DNA of 63,994 bases, filler included, from Jimgerdemannia flammicorona (taxonomy: Eukaryota), in NCBI GenBank assembly GCA_003990765.1. It is 3 parts of 3 records of this genome, joined end to end, with 100 filler letters (N's around TTAATTAATTAA, not from the genome) between each part and the next. Parts side by side here need not be neighbours in the genome. Positions count along the whole stretch, not along the records: positions 1 to 21,394 come from RBNJ01001464.1; positions 21,495 to 42,886 come from RBNJ01001465.1; 1 more part is not named here. One strand, given 5' to 3'. Shown piece after piece: positions 13,260 through 24,700 of the stretch. Positions within the stretch are counted from its first letter, which is position 1; the number at the start of each line of letters is the position of its first letter. The position numbers were made by a program, and so were the translations under genes. Under the pieces are notes generated by a model. The model was given only the letters and a program-made list of their open reading frames with translations, was not told the origin of the DNA and did no database searches.

Positions 13260-16200
13260 CACTTCCTCACCCTACTACAAAACTCCTCTGCGAATTTCTA
13301 TAAGTTGGTATAAAGCCCAACCTCTGAACTGGAATTTATCCTGAACCATCTAACAATCTAGAGAGAATTGAATCTGATATACAAGAACAATTTGACCTCC
13401 ACACCTGCAACAAGTGGAACAAATTTCATTTGAAGAAAGAAATACTTCAGTTAAATCAGCAAATAGGCAAAATCCTATTTACCGAACTCCTTGCTCTACA
13501 CTCAGCAAGTTAAGATGAAGAAGGTGTTATAGAAGTCTTCTTTACTCTTCTCAACAAGAGTTTTATCAGCTCTACAAATTCAAGTGATCTAGGACAACCA
13601 GCAGCAGTCTTTTTAGCCTTAGTCCCTCATGAAGCCCAAGTCTCTGTAGCCAAGTGGCTCAACTCTACTGACTTTCACCATACCTGAACCAAGACTGCAT
13701 TATACTACTGATTCTAGAACAGCAAGACCTGCTATATTCTTAAAGAAGAAGTAAGAGAAACCCTTCATCAACTATCTGACTCCGAACCAGAAGCAGGCCT
13801 AGCTATAGCTCTACCTGAACCAGAAACCAATATCAAACCAGAACTTGACTTTAAATTAAGTCCATCCGAAATCAGATATATAACTGATTCTGTCTACTTT
13901 GATGCTGAGCAAACCCAACTACATGAGGACCAAACTGAAGAGGAGGAGGAGTATCTCAGTGAATTTGATCCCAGATACACTACTGAAGGAGATGTACCTC
14001 TATCAGGACAAAATATACCAACACAGTAACAGACAGCTATTTACCAAGCCCTTACTCCAGACCCACAACTATTACTCCAGCAACTTACACAGACCCAAAG
14101 AACCCCATCACACTCTGCACCAGTACCTCAAGTAGTACCAGCAATACCACTACCAATAGTCCAACTGCTTCTAGTAAACAATATAGCAAACCAACAGATT
14201 CTAGATCTCACAGCTCAAGTAGCCATAATGGTAGCAACTATTACTGCCTTAGCTGAACAGACCTGACCTACTAAAAATCTAAGCCTACCTACCTTCAATG
14301 GTACTGTACAAGAAGTCCAAAGCTTCATTAGTATAGTTGATACCAACTTCGAAGCCAATCAAGACCAATGAGTGAGTTGCTGACTGCCTTCTGACAAACA
14401 ACCAAGACCACACTCTGGAACAACTCTTTGCTATCACTATAGCCTATGTCCACTGAGTTGTTACATTCTCCTGAGGACCTGCTGAAGAATAGTGGTGAAC
14501 CCTTTCTGAAAAACCCCTTACATGGGATACCTGATCTGCAGTAGTTACCCAGAATACAGCAAACAATGCCCCAGGATATGGAGCTCATCCTGCAGCCCCT
14601 GGACTCAAACAACTCATGATTGTCCAATATCATAGCAAAACCATGATTGCTGAATCTCAAGTAAAACTCTGCAACCTCAAATTTGATGTGTATGGCAAAG
14701 AAGAATTCAAAACCTTCTGTACAAAACTCGAGTTACTCCTGAACACTGTTGGCCTAGGATATATTGCCAATGATGAAGTATGAAATAGTACAAGAGCAGA
14801 CCATTTATTTGATGCTCTGCCTGAATGGCTTACTAGAAAAATCTATGAACAAGGCCGCTCAGTTAGTTGTGATCACCAACAATGGTATCTAGCAAGAATC
14901 AAGACTATGGTCAAGCAAATCCTAACAGCTGGACCAATTCTGCCCCAAAGACAATTCAACAATAAGAAAAAGACTTAGATCAAGAAAGAAGAACCCAAGT
15001 ATGAAGCATCCTGAACTCCCTCTACATCCATCTCATGGACACTCAGAAATCATGAACCCACCCGGCCAAGTACCTTCAAGAAATCACCAAAGGTGAAAGA
15101 AATGAATGTTGAAGAAGCAGAGCATACTTCTATTGCTGAAAGACAGGACATATGGCCAGTGCCTGCCCCAACCAAAAATCCTGAACAGTAACATGAGCAA
15201 CTATTACTACTCTGCACCACCTCAATAATATGACTACCAGAACACTAGATTTTGTCAAGCTAAGACAAACTGCCAAAGCCCCAACTAAAGGAAGTCAAAA
15301 AGTAGCTAGATATAACCTATATATAGGTGAAGAAGCTACAGTTTCCAACTGAGAAGTCAAGCAAGTCTATACAGAAATCAGTATCCAAATCCCTGAAGGA
15401 CATATTGGAAGAATATGCTGTTGCAGCAGCCTAGCATTAAAAGGACTCAGTAGAAGGAGGAGTTATTGATAAAGATTATATAGGCAAAATTATTGTCCTT
15501 ATCTAAAACTATAGTTAGATACCCTTCAAGATCCCCATAGGTTTCTGCATTGCTCAGATCCTATTCAAAAAAATTGAGTCAACTCTGATAGTCAAAGAAG
15601 TCCCTGAACTACTGCTTACCATCTGAGGATCCAAAGGATTTGACTCATCAAACAAAGCCCCAGCCCAATCTATCATGAACAAAGAAGAACAATTCTACAA
15701 GAAAATCGAAAATGGATATATACCAAGTGGCTGATGCCCCTATGGTATTAGAATGTACTCATCTCAAATAATTGATGATTGCTTCTTTTGTGTTAACGAA
15801 TTGGCTCAAAGAAGAACTAATAGAAGGAAAGCTCCTACAACTGAAATTACCACTATTGGATCAGACAAACTGCTTACACTCCAAGCTTTTGTCAACCAAG
15901 CATCTGTCAAGATTATGATAGACAACAGTGCCTCAGGCAACTTCATTAATGAAGAAACAGCCAACAGACTCAAGGTCTTCACCTCTCTGGTACAACAAAT
16001 CAAAGCAGTTGCTACAGCTGATGAAACCTCACATGTTATCAGCAAGGAAGTCTGCAACCTACCCTTCCGAATTAGTGACTACTGAGTACATGTTATCCTC
16101 CAAATTGTACTACTTCCTGACAATGAGATCATCCTTAGAACCCTATGGTTAAAACAAGAGAACCCTATGATTAATTGGGTAAACCACTCTCTGACCATCA

Positions 16201-19200
16201 AGAAAGGACACCACAACTTCAAACTACAAGGTGAAAAGGACCCACTTAGTCCTAGTGACCCTGGACCAAAGATCACTTACATCAACAAGTTACAACTTAA
16301 GAAATTAGCCAAGAAATGTCCTCTCTTTGCTATTGCCATCTGCCCATCCAAAGGAGAACCTGAGAACAATGAAGAAGACTTTTCCAAAGTTGACAGCCAT
16401 GTCAGACCACTACTCCAGAAATTCTGAGATATATTCCCAAAGAAACTTCCAAAAGGTCTATCCCCCAAACAAGCAGTAGACCATGCCATCAAGACTATTC
16501 CAGATGTGAAGCCAGCCTTCAAGTCAATCTACCACATATTGCCAAGAGAAATCAATACACTCAAGAAAGAAATTGACAAACTCCTAGAACAAGGATTCAT
16601 CAGACCCAGTGTATCACCTTATGGTACACTAGTCCTCTTTGTTGTTAAGAAAGGAGGAGACTTGCAAATATGTATTGATTACTGTAACCTTAACGAACAG
16701 ACCATCAAGAACTATTGCCCACTACCTAGAATCGATGAAATATTTGATAGGCTTACCAATTCACAATTCATGAGCTCTTTCAACCTGTGAAATAGCTATT
16801 AGCAAATTGCCATGAAAGAAGAATACATCTACAAGACAGCCTTCTGAACTCGCTATGGATACTTTGAGTTCCTGGTTATGCCTTTTGGCTTAACCAATGC
16901 TCCTACAACCTTTTAGACACTGATGAACACCATCCTGCACTCATACCTAGACAAATTTGTTGTTGTCTACATTGATGACATTCTAGTCTTCAGCAAAACC
17001 CTGGAGGAACATCTTGAACACCTCGAGCTAATACTATTGAAACTCCAAGAAAACCAACTCTTTGCAAAACTTAGCAAGTGTGAATTTCTCCTAAAGGAAA
17101 TTCAATTCCTTAGACATATTATTACACCCAATGGAATCAAAGTGGACCCAAGAAAAATCTCCACAATCAAGGATTGGCCCAGACCCAAGAAGCTGAAGAA
17201 CCTTTAGTCATTCCTGGAATTAGCAAATTATTATAGATGATTTGTTGCCAACTTTACCAAAATTGCTACCACCCTTACTCAAATGACCAAGTACAGCAAG
17301 AAAGAAGAATAGCTCTGGACCATGAAATAAGAAAAAGACTTCAACAATCTTGCAAATTAGGAACCTGAATAAGATACAGTCTTTCAAGCACTAAAAGATG
17401 CCTTGATAACCACTCCAGTGCTTCAAGTGACAAATTCTGCCCTGCCATATGAAGTTACTACTGATGCCTCTGACCTAGCTCTTGAAGCAGTGCTCATGCA
17501 AGAAGGACACTCTGTGGCCTATCATTCCCATAAGTTCAATGATGCTGAAATCAACTATGCAACTCACAAAAAGAAAATATTAGCCATCATAGACACTCTG
17601 ATCAAATGGTGACCATATCTAAAAGGAGCACACTTCACTATATTGACTGACTACAAGTTATTAGTCAACATCAAGACACAGGCTACTCTTTCTCGAAAGC
17701 AAGCCAGATAGATGAAAGTCCTCACCAACTTTGACTATGAAATCCAGTATTGCTCTTGCAAGGAAAACATTATTGCTAATGCAATATCTAGACCACCAAT
17801 CAAAGAAGTTATCCAAACTCTCACCTTGGTTATCAATACTATTATAGAACAAATTATTACAGCATATGCTGATGATAAGGAAGCTCAAGCACTCCGAGAA
17901 ATTCTGAATAGTAGCAATGCTGATAAGTATACCTGGTACCATCAATACCAACTCAAGAACAATGCTATCTACTACAAGGACAGACTATATGTCCCAAACA
18001 ACTGAGACCTCCAAAGGACTATCTTATTTGAATATCATAATGCTCCTACAGCTGGACATTTAGGATTTGACAAATGCTATGAAGTTATCTTCCAAAACTT
18101 CTATTGGCCCCGCATGGTAGATCAGCTAAAGACCTACATCACTTTCTGTGATGCCTGCCAATGGAACAAGTCCTCAATACTTGCAAAACCTGGTTTACTT
18201 TACCCTATCCCAGTACCATCCACTAATTGGGAACAAATCTCTATAGACTTCATTGTATAACTACTCTGAACTAAGAACAGAAAAGATGCAATTATTGTCT
18301 TCATGGACTATCTTAATAAACAAGCTCACTTTGTGTCTACTACTACTACTGCAACAGCTCCAGACATAGCTACACTCTTGTTCGATAACATCTTCCACTA
18401 TCATGGTCTTCCTAAGACCATTATTAGTGACCAGGATCTGAAGTTCACCAGCCATTTTTGAAAAGCCCTCCATAGATACCTTGAAATGAAACTTATACTA
18501 TCTACAGCCTTTCACCCTAAAACTGATGGCCAAACTAAAAGAATGAACTGAACTCTGGAACAAATGCTAAGAAACTATGTTTCCTACAGATAAGATGATT
18601 GGCATGAACACCTCACTATAGTCGAGTTTACCTATAACAATAACAAGTAAGCCTCTCTTAGAATGACCCCATTTTTCGCCAACACTGGACAAAACCCAAA
18701 CGCCCCTTTGATACTTATCCAAACTACTGAAGAACACTCCACAGTCAAAGCTGTTGAAGAATTCTTACTCTGAATGTGTAATCTAAGCCAGATCACAATT
18801 GAGAATTTATCATAAGCTCAAGAATAACAGTCACAGTATGTTAACCAATACTGCTAAGAAGAAATCTTTAACATTGGAGAAAAAGTTCTATTGGACATCC
18901 AAGGATACTGAGTTGACAACCTCAAGTACAGACTATCTACAAAGCTGAACAGCAAGTTCATTGGACCATTTGAAGTCATTGCACAAGTCTCTCCTACTTC
19001 CTACAAATTGGCTCTACCAGACACTATTAGGGTCCACCCAGTCTTTAATGTCCAACATCTCAAGCAATATAATGAAAATGATGATAAGCTATTTCCAAAC
19101 TGGACCACTGAACCACCTGTACCTGTTATAATTAATAATCAAGAAGAATATGAAGTTGAACAAATTCTCAACAAATATGGCAACAAGAACTACCCTGAGT

Positions 19201-19310
19201 ACCTTGTTAAATGGAAAGGTTACCCAATCTATGATACAACATGGGAACCCAAGACCAATCTTCAGAATATTACTGACTTAGTTCAGGAATATGATTCCTT
19301 GAACAACTAA
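13260..19310 (+). pseudogene. gag-pol polyprotein of copy B, with a roughly 300-codon N-terminal extension before the capsid-like region
   Basis: Long reading frame broken mainly by TGA/TAA/TAG transitions and a few small indels; ends after the chromodomain at 19310. Confidence 0.88.
15270..15650 (+). pseudogene. dUTPase domain of copy B (between gag and protease)
   Basis: Decayed versions of all five trimeric dUTPase motifs (AGYDL, GRIxxRSS, GVIDxDYxGxI, RIAQ, RGSKGFGS). Homolog in copy C at about 26135-26500 (minus). Confidence 0.9.
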
Positions 19311-19736
19311 AACCTATCTGATACCTATTAGTATATACTATATATTACCCTCCTGAATATTATAATTATCATGAGCAAAAAATCAAAAACTCAGCAAGTT
19401 AAGACAAAGAATACCAACTCTCTGAAAAAATAACAAAACTGAAAGCAAGTCTATTCTCCCTATACTACTGGTGGGAAAGAAGGCATAGACATTTAAGAAG
19501 ATTCCTTAGAGGAAATTCTCCAACAGTGAATGACATCAGAATCACTTCTGGCACATGATATTGAATACATGACCCTTTAATGTGTGAATCCAATGTGTTA
19601 GGCAACTGTACTATGAGCATGCTACTTTTTGAGAAAAATAGACTTCACCAGACTTTTGACCTTCCAAATAGTGTAATAATGCTAGAACAAATTAGAAGGT
19701 TCTGATGAGGATATCAAAAGCTAAGAAGGGGAGAGT

Positions 19737-21039
19737 TGAAAGCACACAACCTCTAAGCCACCAAAATTACACATCACCCTCTGAACAAGCCACCAAAATC
19801 ACATGCAACCTCTGAACAAATCTGGAAATTACCTGCTTAGTTATGAAGTTGAGTTAAACCAAAGTCACAGTGCACAAAGCTGAGTCAATACAAAGTCACA
19901 GAATATAAGATTTATATAAATGAAATCTTATCAATCAGGACCAAATACATATATACTGAATACCGAGATATGTCGAACAGAGAACTAAAACAAACAATAA
20001 CTACAACTTCTGAATATATACAAACATGACCACTGAGATCTACAATCACATCCATGCTGACATTTAGAATACCATTGTCAACTAAGCTACACCCCCTCTG
20101 TCTCTTATAAATATCCATAGTCTAGCACCCTTCTACTTTGTGGAAGCCCAATGGAATGTCCTGAACATGCTTAGTAAGGCTAACCAAATCAGACAAATCT
20201 CAAGCTACTATCAGATTGGCTGTCTCCTGGAAGATATAGTCGAATACTACTACAATATAGACATTACTCAGATGTCTCAACACTAGAAACTCATTGCCTG
20301 TAAACACCAAGAACTCTTCTATAATTATAGTACCTTTATTCTCTGCCTCCAAGTTACTACTATCAAAATGGTTGCTATCCTGTCCTAGAGTCAAATTGAC
20401 AACATGATACAAGAACTCAACCACAAGTACCTCGAGTACATTCAGACCACAGACAGAACCTTCCCATACCCCGACAACCATATTCTGCAAATGTCTCAAG
20501 TCAGATACACTATGAAAGATGTCTATAATATAATCTGGTTCGATGAAGATAAAGCAAAAGACAATGATCCCTCTGATGCTGATATGACCTCCAGCCAAGA
20601 ATCTCTGCCAACTTTGATCACTCCGCCAACATTATCAATAAACTTGTAACAGTTTATAATCACCTACAAGACCTATTAGAATAATGACCACTGGTACAAA
20701 TACCAACCTATATTCACCCCTGATTACTTCAACTATAATGAAGAGACTAGAGAACACAACCTATACCTCCAGACAACTCTTGAGATTGAATCAACCACTT
20801 CACCACCTGAGTATGAGTAACATGAACCACAGCCACCAGCTTACTACAACCCTATGACTCATAGTGCTGTAACCTATAGAAGGTATATAGACAGTGAATC
20901 CGATGAAAGTGAAGATGACACACCTCTTCTCTATCTACCAACACCTTATCCAACATATGAGACAGATGATGCTATCCTGTGTGACAGTGATGAAGTCCCA
21001 ATGTATTATTACCTCAGTGAATAAGGAGAAGTAATCCAA
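19737..21039 (+). repeat. 3' LTR of copy B (type 2), truncated by a LINE insertion
   Basis: Follows the PPT at 19723-19735. Matches the LTRs of copy C, and beyond the first ~50 bp does not match B's own 5' LTR. Confidence 0.88.
20026..21024 (+). pseudogene. LTR(U3)-encoded ORF of unknown function, about 330 codons
   Basis: Single frame from ATG 20026 with no frameshift, broken only by transition-type stops that mostly differ in position from those in the copy-C homolog. Confidence 0.8.
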
Positions 21040-21394
21040 CACCTTTCTCCTGTACAATTCACGTTACACAAACCTTCAAGCAACAGTTCTCGACACAACT
21101 AGGAGTAAAGGTACTAGCAATATGTCTTCAAGCAAGAGTTCCGACGGGCGTACTGGGTCGGGGGGAGCTGGGGCTTTCGGCTGGCAGCAAGTGGGGAGGG
21201 GTTATGGCCTGGGGATGGGGGCCTTTGGAGGGTCGAACGGTGGTGAGGGCTCTCGAGGAGGACTGGTGACAGGTGGTGGTGGTGGAAAGGCTGGTCCCTC
21301 GAGTTTTGCTGACAAGGTGAAGGGGAGTGGATGGCCTGCTGGAGACAGGGCTGGTGCTGCTGTGGGGAAGGGCAAGGCGAGCCTTGGGAGGGGG
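21040..21394 (+). mobile_element. 5' end of a second, younger LINE (5' UTR + start of ORF1 at 21122), cut by the contig end
   Basis: 5' terminus CACCTTTCTCCTGTACAATTCACGTTACACAA resembles the 5' end of the first LINE; Gly-rich ORF1 with SFADKVKG; CpGs retained. Confidence 0.85.
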
Positions 21395-21494
21395 NNNNNN
21401 NNNNNNNNNNNNNNNNNNNNNNNNNNNNNNNNNNNNNNTTAATTAATTAANNNNNNNNNNNNNNNNNNNNNNNNNNNNNNNNNNNNNNNNNNNN
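21395..21494. other. Artificial contig linker N44-TTAATTAATTAA-N44
   Basis: Six-frame stop palindrome between N runs; an identical linker is at 42887-42986. Confidence 0.97.
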
Positions 21495-21770
21495 GACAAA
21501 GTCCAAATGACTCATTTATTACTTAGCCACCCTCTCATAGCTAGCAAACTTGTATAAATAACCCAGTATCTTCAAGTGAATAAACCTCAGATCGAAATAG
21601 TTCAAAGCAAAGAGATAGCAAAGGAACTAGTAAGCCTGCGGGCAGATACACTTCGAACTCACCCACCCTCCCCTGCAACTTCAAGAAGACTCTGCGAGAG
21701 TCAGAACAGTCAAGTTTTCAAGATACAGAAATCCGACGTACTTTCAAGAGTAAGCATCCGCTACGTTACA
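21495..21770 (+). mobile_element. 3' part of an LTR from another family (F), inserted into the 3' LTR of copy C
   Basis: TATAAATA at about 21553, AATAAA at about 21579, ends in GTTACA exactly where the type-2 LTR sequence resumes. Confidence 0.7.
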
Positions 21771-24700
21771 ATATGTTCAAGAGTTGTAATTGTTTGTTTA
21801 TTGTAATTCTCCATTTCAACACATCTAGATACTTGGTATATATGTATTCAGTTCTGATTGGTAAGGTTCTATTTGTGTAAATCTTATGTTCTGTAACTTC
21901 AAGTTGACTTAGCTTTGTACTCTGTAACTTTAGTTTAACTTAGCTTCATGATCTTGTATGTAATTTTCAGATTTATTCTGAGAGTGATATATGATTTTGA
22001 TGGCTTAGAAGTTGTGTACTTATAACTCTCTCCTTCTTAGCTTTCAATATCCTTGTTGAGGTCTTCTAATTTTGGTCTAGTGTTGTTATACTATTTAGAT
22101 AGTCAAAAGTTCAGTAACATTTATTTTTCTCAGAAAGTGGCATACTTATAGTATAGTTGTCTAATGTATTGAATTTATATATTAAAGAGTTGTATGTTCA
22201 ATACTATGTATATACCAGAAGTAATTCTGATGTCATTCAATGCTAGAGAATTTTCTCTAAGAAATTTTTTTAAATATCTATGCTTCATTTCCCATCAATA
22301 GTATGGGGAGAATAGACTGACTTTCAGTTTTGCTATTTTTCTAGAGAGTTGGTATTCTTTGTTTTATCTTGCTGAGTTCTTGATTTTGTTTGTGATAATT
22401 ATAAGGATACTTAATGTTCAGGAGTAGTAGTATATAGTATAGACTGATAGATACTGGAGTTTTTAGGTTTCAGTTATTCAAAGAATCATATTCTTGAACT
22501 AGATCAGTGATATTCTGAAGGTTGGTCTTAGGTTCCTATATTGTATCATAGATTAGATAATCTTTCTATTTGACAAGGTATTCTAGATGATTCTTATGGC
22601 CATATTTATTGAAGATTTGTTTAACTTTATATTCTTTCTAATCATTAATAATAACAGATGCAGGTGGTTCTATAGTTTAGTTCAGAAATAGCTCATCATC
22701 ATTTTTATTGTATTATTTGAGATATTGAATATTGAAGACTAAGTGAATCTTAATGATATCTGGTAGTATCAATTTGTAAGAAGTTGGAGAGACTTGTACA
22801 ATGACTTTGAATGGTCTAATGAATTTGCTTTTTAGCTTCATAGATGGTCTGTGCTTGAGGTTATCAACTCAGTATCCTTGGATATCTAGTAGGACTTTTT
22901 CTCCAATATTGAAAGTTTCTTCTCAGCAGTATTGATTGATATACTGTGACTGCTGTTCTTAAGCTTGAGATAAATTCTCAATTGCAATCTGGCTTAAGTT
23001 GTATATTCAGAGTAGAAATTCTTTAATAGCTTTAATAGTAGAGAGTTCATTAGTAGTTCAGATAAGTATCAGAGAGATGTTTAGGTTTTGTCCAGTATTG
23101 GTGAATAATAGAGTCATTCTAAGAGAGGCTTGCTTACTGTTATTGTAGGCAAACTCAACTGTGATAAGATATTCATGCCAATTATCTTATCTATAAGAAA
23201 TATAGTTCCTTAGTATTTATTTCAGAGTTTAGTTCATTCTTTCTATTTGACCATCAGTTTCAGGAGTAAAAGACTGTGGATAGTGCAAGTTTCATTCTAA
23301 GATAGATATGGAGAGCTTTCCAAAAGTAACTAGTAAACTTTGGATCTCAGCTATTAATAATGATCTTTGGAAGACCATAATAGTAGAAGATGTTATCAAA
23401 CAAAAGTATGGCTATATCTAGTACTGTGACAGTAGTAGTAGTTAGTATAAAATGAACCTATTTGCTGAGATAGTCTATAAAGACAATAATTGCATATTTC
23501 TCATTCTTGGTTCAGGATAGTTATATAATAAAGTCTATAGAGATTTGTTTCTAATTAGTAGATGGTACTGAGATAGGGTGGAGTAGACTAGGTTTTGTTA
23601 GTGTTAAGAACTTGTTGTATTGGCAGATATCATAGGAAGTAATATAAGTCTTTAGCTGATCTGCTATATAGAGCCAATAGAAGTTTTGAGAGATAACTTT
23701 ATAACATTTGTCAAATTCTAAATATCTGGCTATAGGAGTATCATGATATTCAAATAGGATAGTCCTTCAGAGATCTTGATTATTAGGAATATACAATCGG
23801 TCTTTGTAGTAGATGGCATTATTCTTCAGTTGGTATTGATGATACCAGGAGTACTTATCAATATCCTTACTACTCAGAATTTCTTAGAGTACTTAGGCTT
23901 CTTTATTATTAGTACATACTGCAATAATTTATTCTATGATAAAGTTAGTAATCAAGATGAGAGTTTAAATAACTTCTTCAATTAGTGGTCTGGAAATTAC
24001 ATCAGTAACAATATTCTCCTTACTAGAACAATACTGGATTTTATAGTTAAAATTAGTGAGAACTTTCATCTATTGACTTACTTTCAAGAAAGGATAGTCT
24101 GGGTCTTAATATTGACTAATGATTTGTAGTCTGTCAGTACTGTGAAGTATACTTCTTTAAGATAGAGTTACTATTTGAACAGAGTGTCTATGATGGCTAA
24201 TATTTCCTTCTCATGGGTTATATAGTTGATTTTAGTATCATTGAACTTATGAGAATGATAGACCACAGAGTATCCTTCTTATATATGCACTACTCCAAAA
24301 GCTAGATCAGAGACATCAGTGGTAACTTCATATGAGAGGGCAGGGTTTGCTGCTTAAAGTACTAGAGTGGTTATCAAGGCATCCTTCAGAGCTTGAAAGA
24401 CTATATCTTGTTTAGATTCCCAATTTACAAGATTGTTGAAGTCTTTTTCTTGCTTTATAGTCTGAGGCTATTCTTCTTTTTTACTATACTTGGTCATTTA
24501 GGTGAGAGCAGTAGTGATTTTGACAAAGTTTATAACAAATCATCAGTAATAGTTTGTTAGTCCCAGGAATGACTGGAGGTCTTTCAGCTTTTTAAATCTA
24601 GACCAATTCTTGATTGTAGAGATTTTGCTGTGGTCCACTTTAATTTCATTAGAAGTAATAATGTATCTAAGAAATTGAATTTCCTTCAGAAGAAATTCAC

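Larger units (their letters stand above)
11726..21039 (+). mobile_element. Ty3/gypsy chromovirus copy B: 5'LTR-PBS-gag-dUTPase-protease-RT-RNaseH-integrase-chromodomain-PPT-3'LTR
   Basis: All domains recognisable in order despite stops: IMIDNSASGNF (protease), YIDDIL (RT), EVTTDASD (RNaseH), integrase core, EYEVEQIL...YLVKWKGYP...TWEP (chromodomain). Confidence 0.95.

Noticed and set aside
21439..21450. TTAATTAATTAA palindrome as a biological site
   Set aside because: It sits within N runs and recurs identically at 42931-42942; an artificial linker.
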